Shown in pieces: positions 17,309-24,737 of a DNA stretch of 28,092 bases. Each line of letters opens with the position of its first letter. The stretch's first letter is position 1. This DNA is from Archangiaceae bacterium (GTDB lineage Bacteria; Myxococcota; Myxococcia; Myxococcales; Myxococcaceae), in NCBI GenBank assembly GCA_043750125.1, contig JAYVCD010000307.1, forward strand, positions 1 to 28,092, given 5' to 3'. Both the position numbers and the translations under genes were made by a program. The notes below the pieces were generated by a model. That model searched no databases. It worked only from the letters and a program-made list of their open reading frames with translations, and had not been told where the DNA came from.

Positions 17309-18064
17309 GTGAAGCTCCAGGTCCTCGGCTGCCACGGTGGTGAGCTGCCCAAGTGTCGCAGCACCTGCTTCTTGATCGACGGGGTCCTCGCCCTCGATGC
17401 CGGAGCCCTGACCAGCACCCTCGACCTCGAAGACCTCTGCAAGGTCGACGACGTGCTGCTCACCCACAGCCACTTCGATCACGTCAAAGACCTTCCGCTG
17501 ATGGCAGACCTGATCGTCGGCCGCCGCGACAAACCGGTGCGCATTCATTCCTCGCGCGAGTGCACCGCGACCTTGAAAGCCAACATGTTCAATGGGGTTT
17601 TGTGGCCCGACTTCACCGCCATCCCCACCAAGCAGAACCCGGTGCTGCAGCTCAAGGCCTTCAAAGCCGGCGCGACGATCAAAATCGGGAAGTACACCGT
17701 GAAGACGATTCCCGTCAGTCACCCGGTCGAGTCGTGCGGCTTCATCATCACCGACGGCGAAACCACGATGGCGATGAGCGGCGACACCGGCCCCACCAAA
17801 GTCCTGTGGAAGACGCTCAACAAGACCCGGGGACTCAAGGCGCTGCTGCTCGAGACCAGCTTCCCCAACAAGCTGCAGCAGCTGGCCGACATCTCGGGCC
17901 ACCTCACCCCCCAGACTCTCGAAAGCGAGCTGACCAAGTTCGAACGCAACGGCTGCGAGGTGTTGCTGTACCACCTCAAGCCCGCCTTCTTGAGCCAGCT
18001 CAAGCTCGAGGTGAAGCATTTGCCCGTTCGCGTGCTGGAGCTTGGTGACACCTTCGATTTCTAG
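17309..18064 (+). CDS. Class II 3',5'-cyclic nucleotide phosphodiesterase (metallo-beta-lactamase fold)
   Basis: LGCHGG, LDAG, metal motif THSHFDHV (HxHxDH at 17465-17482), FNGVLWPDF, SHPV, SGDTGP, ETSFPN, GHLTP, YHLKP. This set matches class II PDEs (CpdP/PdeE-like). Confidence 0.88.
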   Translation: MKLQVLGCHGGELPKCRSTCFLIDGVLALDAGALTSTLDLEDLCKVDDVLLTHSHFDHVKDLPLMADLIVGRRDKPVRIHSSRECTATLKANMFNGVLWPDFTAIPTKQNPVLQLKAFKAGATIKIGKYTVKTIPVSHPVESCGFIITDGETTMAMSGDTGPTKVLWKTLNKTRGLKALLLETSFPNKLQQLADISGHLTPQTLESELTKFERNGCEVLLYHLKPAFLSQLKLEVKHLPVRVLELGDTFDF

Positions 18065-18082
18065 GTGTTAGAGGCCCAGCGA

Positions 18083-18721
18083 ATGTCGCCTTGCCTCGTG
18101 GTCGGAATCGCCGGCGGAACTGCTTCAGGCAAGACCACCGTCGCGCGGAAGATCCACGAGGCGCTCTCGCCGTCGGCCGTCGCGTTCATCGATCAAGACT
18201 CCTACTACCGCGATCTGAAAGAGCTCAGCCTCGAAGAGCGGCGCGAGGTGAACTTCGATCACCCCGACGCTTTCGATACCGATCTGCTGGTCGCCCACGT
18301 GAAGCAACTGAAGGCCGGCCAGCCGATTGCCAAGCCCGTCTACAACTTCGTCACCTCGACCCGCGAAGAGCGCACCGTCACCGTCAACCCCGCAGACATC
18401 ATCCTGATCGAGGGGATCATGGTCTTGCACCTCGAGGCCATTCGCGAGCAGCTGGCCTTGAAGATTTTCGTCGAGACCGAAGACGACGTGAGGATCATCC
18501 GCCGTCTCACCCGCGACATCAAAGAACGCGGCCGGGACTTCGATCACGTCGTTCACCAATACTTCAAACACGTGCGCCCGATGCACATGGGCTTCGTCGA
18601 CCCCAGCAAGCGCCACGCGGACATCATCGTGCCCCACGGCGGCAACAACGACACTGCGATCGACATGCTCGTCGGAGCGCTGCGCGCGAAGATGAAGCCC
18701 CCCACCGTCAAATCGAGCTGA
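18083..18721 (+). CDS. udk: Uridine kinase
   Basis: Walker A GIAGGTASGKTT, DSYY, NFDHPDAFD, IEGI, RRLTRDIKERGR, VRPMH..F..PSKRHADIIVP. Start is ATG 18083 (GTG 18065 alternative). Confidence 0.96.
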   Translation: MSPCLVVGIAGGTASGKTTVARKIHEALSPSAVAFIDQDSYYRDLKELSLEERREVNFDHPDAFDTDLLVAHVKQLKAGQPIAKPVYNFVTSTREERTVTVNPADIILIEGIMVLHLEAIREQLALKIFVETEDDVRIIRRLTRDIKERGRDFDHVVHQYFKHVRPMHMGFVDPSKRHADIIVPHGGNNDTAIDMLVGALRAKMKPPTVKSS

Positions 18722-19700
18722 GGAAGTCCAACAGGTGGGGCTTCATGCGCTCTACGTCGGTCAACAAAAACGCGTGTCCCCGTTCTTCTGACAGCTCGAA
18801 GAACCGGGCTCCCTCAGCTTCCAGCGCCCCGTAGGTCTCTCGAACCAGTGCCGGTGGGGCCAGGTCGTCGTGGCTGCCCGCGACCAGCAACGCCTTGCAC
18901 CGGATTCGCGCGAGCTGATCTCTGAGGTCCGCGTCGGCATACGCCGTCGCAAGACAGGCCCACGATCGCCCATCGAACCGGCCGCAGAACTCGTCCGCTT
19001 CGGCGCTCAGCCACCGCTGCATTCCCTCTTCCCCGTCGTGCCAATGCAGCAGGTGTTCCCGGCGATGCGTCCACGACAGCAGATCGCTGCGCGCTTTGCG
19101 GTAGGCGCCGGCCTTCACCTGCTGCGAGGCCATTCCCAACCCCTCGCGCAGACCCGGGGGCAGGGCGTGCGCCGCTCCAAGGGTAATCACCGACGAGGCC
19201 ACGTCGGGAAACAGCGCCACCGCCTTCAGCGCGACCATTCCCCCCAGCCCCAGGCCCACGATCGAGCGGGCCTTGCAAATGCCCAGCGTTCGCATCGCGC
19301 TGGTTGCGGCGCGAGCGATGTCGGCCAAAGACAGGTGCAGCACCGACTTGCTTCCCGCCGACAGCGGCATCAGCGAGGCCGACGTCGAGCCGAACGGGCT
19401 GCCCAACAGGTTGAGGCACACCACCCAGCGGCTCTGGGGATCCAGCGCGCGGTCGGGCCCGATCAGCCCTTTTCCCCAGCCTTCGGCAAAACCCTCACCC
19501 AGCGCATGGTGCGACTCACACAGGTCATGGAGCACCACGATCGCGTTTCCAGGATTCCGCCGGCCGTACGATTCCCAGGCGATCTCGGCGTCCACCAGCA
19601 GTCCACCCGCCTCGAGAGGCAGGGCCACCGGCAACCGCGCTTTATCCGCAAGCTGGATCAAGTCAGTGAATTCTCGTATCAATCCACCCTTCCGCAACAA
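18708..19700 (-). CDS. Homoserine O-acetyltransferase (MetX)-like alpha/beta-hydrolase-fold protein lacking the catalytic serine
   Basis: LPLEAGG, IAWESYG, NAIVVLH, LIGPDRALDP..WVVCLNLLGSPFGST, RFDGRS, DDLAPP and GHAFL align with MetX motifs. The nucleophile elbow is GLGLGGM instead of GGSMGGM. Start uncertain. Confidence 0.82.
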   Translation of the reverse strand: MLRKGGLIREFTDLIQLADKARLPVALPLEAGGLLVDAEIAWESYGRRNPGNAIVVLHDLCESHHALGEGFAEGWGKGLIGPDRALDPQSRWVVCLNLLGSPFGSTSASLMPLSAGSKSVLHLSLADIARAATSAMRTLGICKARSIVGLGLGGMVALKAVALFPDVASSVITLGAAHALPPGLREGLGMASQQVKAGAYRKARSDLLSWTHRREHLLHWHDGEEGMQRWLSAEADEFCGRFDGRSWACLATAYADADLRDQLARIRCKALLVAGSHDDLAPPALVRETYGALEAEGARFFELSEERGHAFLLTDVERMKPHLLDFLSSI

Positions 19701-19719
19701 GGGAGCTCTAGAAAACCCA

Positions 19720-20697
19720 ATGAAGCGCTACTTCGGCGTCGTTTTCGCAATCGGCTTTGTCATCGCCGGCATTGTCTACGCTTACAAAAAGTACGACACC
19801 AAGACGACGGAGGCCGCTCGCGATCTGAACGTCGAGCGCATCCGCGCCGAGTACTACGACCGGGTCGGGTGGATACGCATCAACCCCGACGAGAAGGGGT
19901 ACAAGGACGAGGTCACCACCTTCCTGCGCTGGTACTTCAAAGAGGTCAACGAGCACCAGAACAAGTACGGCGGCAACAAGAACTTCGACGACTACGTCGC
20001 CGAGCTCGGTGAGCGGGCCAGCAAGAACAAGAACAAGGACAAGGACGACCGGCTCGACGACAAGAAGGCGACCTACGAGTACGTGCGCAAGGTCTTCGAC
20101 ATGTTCAAGAGCGGCAACTACGCGCCGATGAGCACCTTCACCAGCAACGGCATTCGCATGGACATCGTCTCTTACAATCGGGTCACCGTCGGCTCGGAAG
20201 AGAAGGTCCGCTACCAGCTGGTCCTCTGGGGAATCCCCCGCGAGCTTCGCGTCGACGATCATGGCAGCCGCAAGGTGATCGCCAACGCGGCGTTTACGAT
20301 CGGCTGGAAGCTGTTCGACGAAAAGGGAAAGCTCCTCGGCGAGATGAACGCCTCGGGCGACCCCGCCAGCCGCATCGACTGGCCCGAGCGCTACGTGAAG
20401 TTCTTCCCCCCGGGAATCATGCTCGGTCACTACGACGTAGACCTGATGCCGGCCGAGTTCCCCGCGGACAAAGAGGCGAAGAAGAAAGACCCGGTGCCCC
20501 TGAAGGCCGTCGAAATCGCCTTCAACATCAGCTCGCGCGCGCAGTCTGGCGGTGCGATCAACGTGGCGTACAACTGGAAGCTCGATGTTCCTGCCGAGTG
20601 GAAGCTCAAGCCCGGTCAGGAATGGAAAGGCGCCCAGGAATCGATTCGCCCCGAAGAAGAAATCGACCCGGCGAAGAAAGAGAAGGCCAACCGCTAA
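19720..20697 (+). CDS. Hypothetical protein with N-terminal membrane anchor
   Basis: SD AGGGAG (19700-19705), ATG 19720, MKR followed by hydrophobic YFGVVFAIGFVIAGIVYAY, then a Lys/Asp/Tyr-rich soluble domain with strong GC3 codon bias. Confidence 0.85.
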   Translation: MKRYFGVVFAIGFVIAGIVYAYKKYDTKTTEAARDLNVERIRAEYYDRVGWIRINPDEKGYKDEVTTFLRWYFKEVNEHQNKYGGNKNFDDYVAELGERASKNKNKDKDDRLDDKKATYEYVRKVFDMFKSGNYAPMSTFTSNGIRMDIVSYNRVTVGSEEKVRYQLVLWGIPRELRVDDHGSRKVIANAAFTIGWKLFDEKGKLLGEMNASGDPASRIDWPERYVKFFPPGIMLGHYDVDLMPAEFPADKEAKKKDPVPLKAVEIAFNISSRAQSGGAINVAYNWKLDVPAEWKLKPGQEWKGAQESIRPEEEIDPAKKEKANR

Positions 20698-20710
20698 CGG
20701 TCTTCCGGAT

Positions 20711-22795
20711 TCAAACGATGGCCAGCGTGGTCCCCAGCTTCCACGCTTTGAGCACTCCCGAATCGTCCAGGGCATAGACGTTCAGCCGGCCATCGACGGA
20801 AACGTCGAGCAGGCCGCGCCCTGCCTGCAGCTCGGCCAGCACCCGCCCACCCCGGGGATCCACCGCCCGGATCTTCTCGCCCGCGAGCACCAGCACTCCG
20901 CGCCGCAGCGACGGAGGAGGCAGGTCCGCCAGCTCGTCTCCTGCCGCTCCGAGCACCCACTCGAGCTGGCCATCGGCCGACACGCTGGCCGCCGCCCCGC
21001 GCGCGTCGCAGGCGATGACGCCTCGCCCATGGGCCACCAACGCCATTCGCGCGCCCAGCAGGGGAACCGTGCGTTCCCAGCGCTTTTGACCCGTGCGTCC
21101 AATCGCAACCACCACCGCGCGATCTTCGTGCTGCCCCGCGACGTAGGTCACACCGCTGGCCACCACCGGAGCGCACGGGCGAACCATCGGAATCTCGATC
21201 GTCCACACCACGGCGCCCGGCACCACTTCGGGCCGCGTCGGACGCACCTCGGTCAGAAAGACCACCGTGCGATCGGCTCGGGACAAGACGCCCAGCGCCC
21301 GCCGGCCGTGGGGCACCGTAGGAAACTGAAACGGGAGCATCGCCCGAATCCTGAATCGCGCCTGCCCATCGCTCAGCTCCAGGCCGTACAGCGAACCCGA
21401 GTCGGTCGCCAACAACACCCGATCGCCGAGCACCGAGAAGTAGCCGCGCTGGGTCCGCGGAGGATCCAGTCGCCACAGCTCACGTCCGGTCAGCGCGCTG
21501 TAGGCCATCACTCCTCGCGCGGCCAGCGACGTGATCCAGATCTGCCCCGCGCGCGCGAGCGTGGGCCCCAACGTCACCCCGTCGTGATCTCGAAACCAGA
21601 TCGCTTCGCTCTTGCCCGCGAGAAACGCAGCCACCCGCTGGGTATTGGCGGTGACCACCGTTCCGTCGTCGGCGACTGCCACCCCGTGGGTGTCGACCCG
21701 GCGATGCAAACTCTTCCCCCGGGTATCGAAGGCCCACGCCGCATGGGGCGAGAGCACCACCGGCCCCCGACGAGTGAGCAGCAGATGGCCGTGGTCGCCG
21801 ACCTCGGTCGACCTTTCCCACTTCGGCTCGAAGCGCAGCCGACGCAGCGCGCCCATCACCGGCAGCGGACGATCAGACCCCTCGTTTCGGACTTCGGGCG
21901 CCCCTTCCAGACTGCCGGGCGATAAAGGCCGAAGAGCCGACAACCCCCGGGTGCAGCGGTCGGCCAATGCTTCGACGTGGGGGTTGGACGTCAGGCTCGG
22001 ATTTCGCGCTCCCATCGCCACGCACCACTCGAGCCCCGCTTCGAAGATCGCCCGCGACGAGACCACCACTGCCTCTCCCAGGCCCGTCGACTCTCCGCCT
22101 TCATTCAGCGCGCGCCGCGTCAGCTCGAGCAGCGACAAGAACGGGGGCACGCGCTGACGAAAAGAAGTGCCGCGCACCGAAATCTCTCCCGGACACAACA
22201 AGCAGGGCAACGGGGCGGCCGATCTTCGATGAAAGGCGAGGGTGCGCCCGTCGGGGTCGGTGGTGACGACCGCCAGCTCGCCGTCCGCGCGTGCAAATCG
22301 TTCCCACCGCCAGGCCGCCGGGTCTACTTCGGCCAGCCCCGCGATGGATCCCTTCTCGAGCGTCCGCACCAGCTTTGCCATTCCGCGCGCCCTCGGAGCC
22401 GCCAACAGCGTCGGAGCCACTTCGGTCACGTCCTTCACCCACTGCCGGGCACAGCGCGCGCTCGCTTCGATCAACGCCGCAAGGTCGATCAGCAGCGGAG
22501 GGTGAACCAACCGAGCCGGTCGCGCCAGGCTCACCACCGCCAGCTCGACTTCGGTGGCCGACACCCGGCTGAAGCACAGCTCAAAGTGCGCCTCGTGCAG
22601 CGAGACTTCCGACGTCCGCTCGCCGCCTTGCAGCGCCGCCACCGCTTCGACCAGTGCGGGCACCACCTGCGCCAACGGCTCTTCGCTCGCGCCCGCCAGC
22701 AGCGCAACGCCATCGAGCTCGAGCCCAAACGCGTCGAGAGGATTCTCCGCCCCGGGTTCTCGCTTCCACTGTTGACCCAGCCGAAAGCGAATCAC
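20711..22795 (-). CDS. Protein with unknown N-terminal domain and C-terminal PQQ-like (BamB-type) beta-propeller repeats
   Basis: Trp-docking repeats AYSALTGRELWR, LYGLELSDGQARFR, IGRTGQKRWE, VSADGQLEW, IRAVDPRGGRVL. Start reassigned to GTG 22795 behind GAGGGG. Confidence 0.82.
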   Translation of the reverse strand: MIRFRLGQQWKREPGAENPLDAFGLELDGVALLAGASEEPLAQVVPALVEAVAALQGGERTSEVSLHEAHFELCFSRVSATEVELAVVSLARPARLVHPPLLIDLAALIEASARCARQWVKDVTEVAPTLLAAPRARGMAKLVRTLEKGSIAGLAEVDPAAWRWERFARADGELAVVTTDPDGRTLAFHRRSAAPLPCLLCPGEISVRGTSFRQRVPPFLSLLELTRRALNEGGESTGLGEAVVVSSRAIFEAGLEWCVAMGARNPSLTSNPHVEALADRCTRGLSALRPLSPGSLEGAPEVRNEGSDRPLPVMGALRRLRFEPKWERSTEVGDHGHLLLTRRGPVVLSPHAAWAFDTRGKSLHRRVDTHGVAVADDGTVVTANTQRVAAFLAGKSEAIWFRDHDGVTLGPTLARAGQIWITSLAARGVMAYSALTGRELWRLDPPRTQRGYFSVLGDRVLLATDSGSLYGLELSDGQARFRIRAMLPFQFPTVPHGRRALGVLSRADRTVVFLTEVRPTRPEVVPGAVVWTIEIPMVRPCAPVVASGVTYVAGQHEDRAVVVAIGRTGQKRWERTVPLLGARMALVAHGRGVIACDARGAAASVSADGQLEWVLGAAGDELADLPPPSLRRGVLVLAGEKIRAVDPRGGRVLAELQAGRGLLDVSVDGRLNVYALDDSGVLKAWKLGTTLAIV

Positions 22796-22813
22796 GACCC
22801 CTCGTCGCGTGCG

Positions 22814-22843
22814 TTGACAACCCAGCTTAGCGCTGCGTACCAT
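22814..22843 (+). promoter_or_regulatory. Candidate sigma70 promoter for the HARE-HTH gene unit
   Basis: Perfect -35 TTGACA (22814-22819), 18 nt spacer, -10 TACCAT (22838-22843), in the divergent intergenic region. SD GAGGA precedes ATG 22941. Confidence 0.6.
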
Positions 22844-22940
22844 CCGCGTCTCTCGCGGGGACGAATATAAGTTCCTGATTTTATTGAGAAATCCAAATTA
22901 AACCAAGGCGTGGGGCGGGCAGATTCAGCCGCGAGGAAAC

Positions 22941-24737
22941 ATGACTTTTTACGAGGCTGCACTTCGGGTCCTTGAGGACGCGGGCAAGCCGTTGACGAAC
23001 ATTGAAATTACCCAACGGTCTGTCGAAAAGAACCTGCTGTCGCACGTGGGCAAAACGCCCGAGACGACGATGCTCGCGCGGCTTGCTGCGATGGCCCGCC
23101 GACCCCGCGATCGCAAAGTAATCGTCACCGCGAAGGACACCTTCGCCCTCGCCGATTGGATGCTCGCCGAAGATGCCGAGGCTCTGGCGACGACGGGCGT
23201 GGTCGAGCCCAACCCGGAAGAGGCGATGCCGCCCTACCGACCCAACGAGCGACACCCCGAGTCCCGGCCCGAGTTTGCCCGCGGAGCCGGGCGGGGCGAG
23301 CGCGATCGAGACCGCGGTCACAAGCGGCGCGATCGCGACGACGAGCGGAAGAAGAAATACCCGCCGATCGCCGAGGTCGTCTTCGAAGTTCTCTCTGAGG
23401 CCGAAGCGCGAACGATGGCGCCCGGCGACTTGTTGGCCAAGGCTCGCGAACGAGAGCTGATCAGCGACGAGCTCACGCTCGAGCAGGTGTTGCTGGCTCT
23501 GGCCGACGACAACCAGAAGCGGCTCGACGCGGGTCGTCGCCCGCAGTTTCAGTACCTCAAGCCCGCCGAAGGCGCGGCGAGCCTTTTGCTCGACGCCGGG
23601 GGCGAGAGTGTTCCGCTCGAGCTTCAGCAGGCGTTCTGCCTCGCCGCCAACATTCCCTTCGAGAATGGACGAGCGGTGGTTCGGCGCGAGAGAGAGCGCG
23701 AGAGAGATCGCGATCGCACTGCTCCGATGGGGCCAGTGGCGTTGCCGGTCGAAGATCAGGGCCTCGGAACTGCGGCAAAGCACGCCGTGCGCGATGCCAA
23801 GCGTGCAGTCGCCAAGGTGCTGAGATCCAAGCTCGCCGAGTTCGATGTCTTCACCTTCGAGAAGTCGGTGGTCCGAATGCTTCATGGCCATGGCTTTCGC
23901 GAGCTGAAGGTCGCCAAACGCAGCAAGGAAGGGCAGGTGCTTTCCGCCCGGCGTCGCGACGGCAGCCTCGAGCTGCGGCTCGCGGTCCGCGTGATCAAAG
24001 GCAACCGCCCGGTCGAACGGCGTGACGTGCAGGAACTGCGTCGCGACCTGGGGCAATACGGGGCGAACATGGGGCTGATCTGCAGTCCCGGTGAGCCGCG
24101 CGGCGACGCGAAGAGCGAGGCGCTTCAGGGCGCGCTGGTGATGCTCTGGTGCGGCGAAGGGCTGGCCGAGAAGTTTTTCGAGGCCCACGTCGGGGTCAAT
24201 GTTCAGTCGCTCGAGCTGTATGAAATCGACGAAGCCTTCTTTGATAAGGCCAAGCTCGACGCTGAAGATGCCCGCGCACGACGCGAGGAACGGCACCTTC
24301 AAAAGACCGGCGAAAGTCCCCCGACCGATCGCGAGCCGATGCCTCGGGTCATCGCCGAGGTCGCCGCTCAGTCCTCCGAGAAGATCTCTGAAATCACCAA
24401 AGTCGAAGCAGACGACGACGGTGACGACGACGACGAGGAAGGGGGCGAAGAGGGCACGTCAGAAGTCGCAGGCGCCGCAGCGGTGCCCGGTCAGCCGGGT
24501 GCAGAAGGTGAGGCCGGTCGTCGCCGTCGCCGTCGACGCCGTGGTCGTCGCGGTCGCGCTGCCCGCCCGGACGGAGCTCCCGGCCCCGAAGGCGTCAGTG
24601 TCGCGGCACCGACCGCGCCCGGAGGAGACAAACCCGAAACTGCGCCCACCGCGCCGACCCCTCCGGTCCACGCGCCCCAGACTCCGCCTCCGCCGCCCGC
24701 CGCTTCTGCTCCCGAGCCGGGCACTTCGGGAACTTGA
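22941..24737 (+). CDS. HARE-HTH domain protein with second wHTH, degenerate Mrr-like restriction-endonuclease domain and disordered charged C-terminus
   Basis: N-terminal MTFYEAALRVLEDAGKPL...EI......L....GKTPETTM.ARL is the HARE-HTH signature. TFEKSVVRMLHGHGF...V.RRDVQELR.DL..YGA..GLI resembles Mrr_cat. Acidic, poly-Arg and Pro-rich tail. Confidence 0.85.
   Translation: MTFYEAALRVLEDAGKPLTNIEITQRSVEKNLLSHVGKTPETTMLARLAAMARRPRDRKVIVTAKDTFALADWMLAEDAEALATTGVVEPNPEEAMPPYRPNERHPESRPEFARGAGRGERDRDRGHKRRDRDDERKKKYPPIAEVVFEVLSEAEARTMAPGDLLAKARERELISDELTLEQVLLALADDNQKRLDAGRRPQFQYLKPAEGAASLLLDAGGESVPLELQQAFCLAANIPFENGRAVVRRERERERDRDRTAPMGPVALPVEDQGLGTAAKHAVRDAKRAVAKVLRSKLAEFDVFTFEKSVVRMLHGHGFRELKVAKRSKEGQVLSARRRDGSLELRLAVRVIKGNRPVERRDVQELRRDLGQYGANMGLICSPGEPRGDAKSEALQGALVMLWCGEGLAEKFFEAHVGVNVQSLELYEIDEAFFDKAKLDAEDARARREERHLQKTGESPPTDREPMPRVIAEVAAQSSEKISEITKVEADDDGDDDDEEGGEEGTSEVAGAAAVPGQPGAEGEAGRRRRRRRRGRRGRAARPDGAPGPEGVSVAAPTAPGGDKPETAPTAPTPPVHAPQTPPPPPAASAPEPGTSGT
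24405..24557 (+). repeat. Low-complexity coding trinucleotide tracts (GAC/GAG acidic tract; CGT/CGC poly-Arg tract)
   Basis: Encodes EADDDGDDDDEEGGEEG (24405-24455) and RRRRRRRRGRRGR (24519-24557). Confidence 0.85.

Noticed and set aside
16657..18064. Pycsar/CBASS anti-phage system
   Set aside because: There is no cyclase or nucleotidyltransferase and no TIR or TM effector. The cNMP-binding protein is a wHTH transcription factor.
18708..19700. Calling this gene metX or a pseudogene
   Set aside because: The missing nucleophile argues against the metX symbol, and the uninterrupted frame with retained fold motifs argues against a pseudogene.
11385..20715. Intrinsic terminators at the convergent junctions (11390-11393, 18708-18721, 20698-20710; also 472-483)
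   Set aside because: The genes overlap or are 12-13 nt apart, with no hairpin followed by a U-tract.
24405..24557. GAC and CGT/CGC repeats as a CRISPR array or phase-variable microsatellite
   Set aside because: They are imperfect in-frame codon repeats with synonymous variation and no repeat-spacer structure.
22941..24737. Active type IV restriction system or defence island
   Set aside because: The catalytic motif appears lost, there are no methyltransferase, other defence or mobility genes nearby, and the context is housekeeping.
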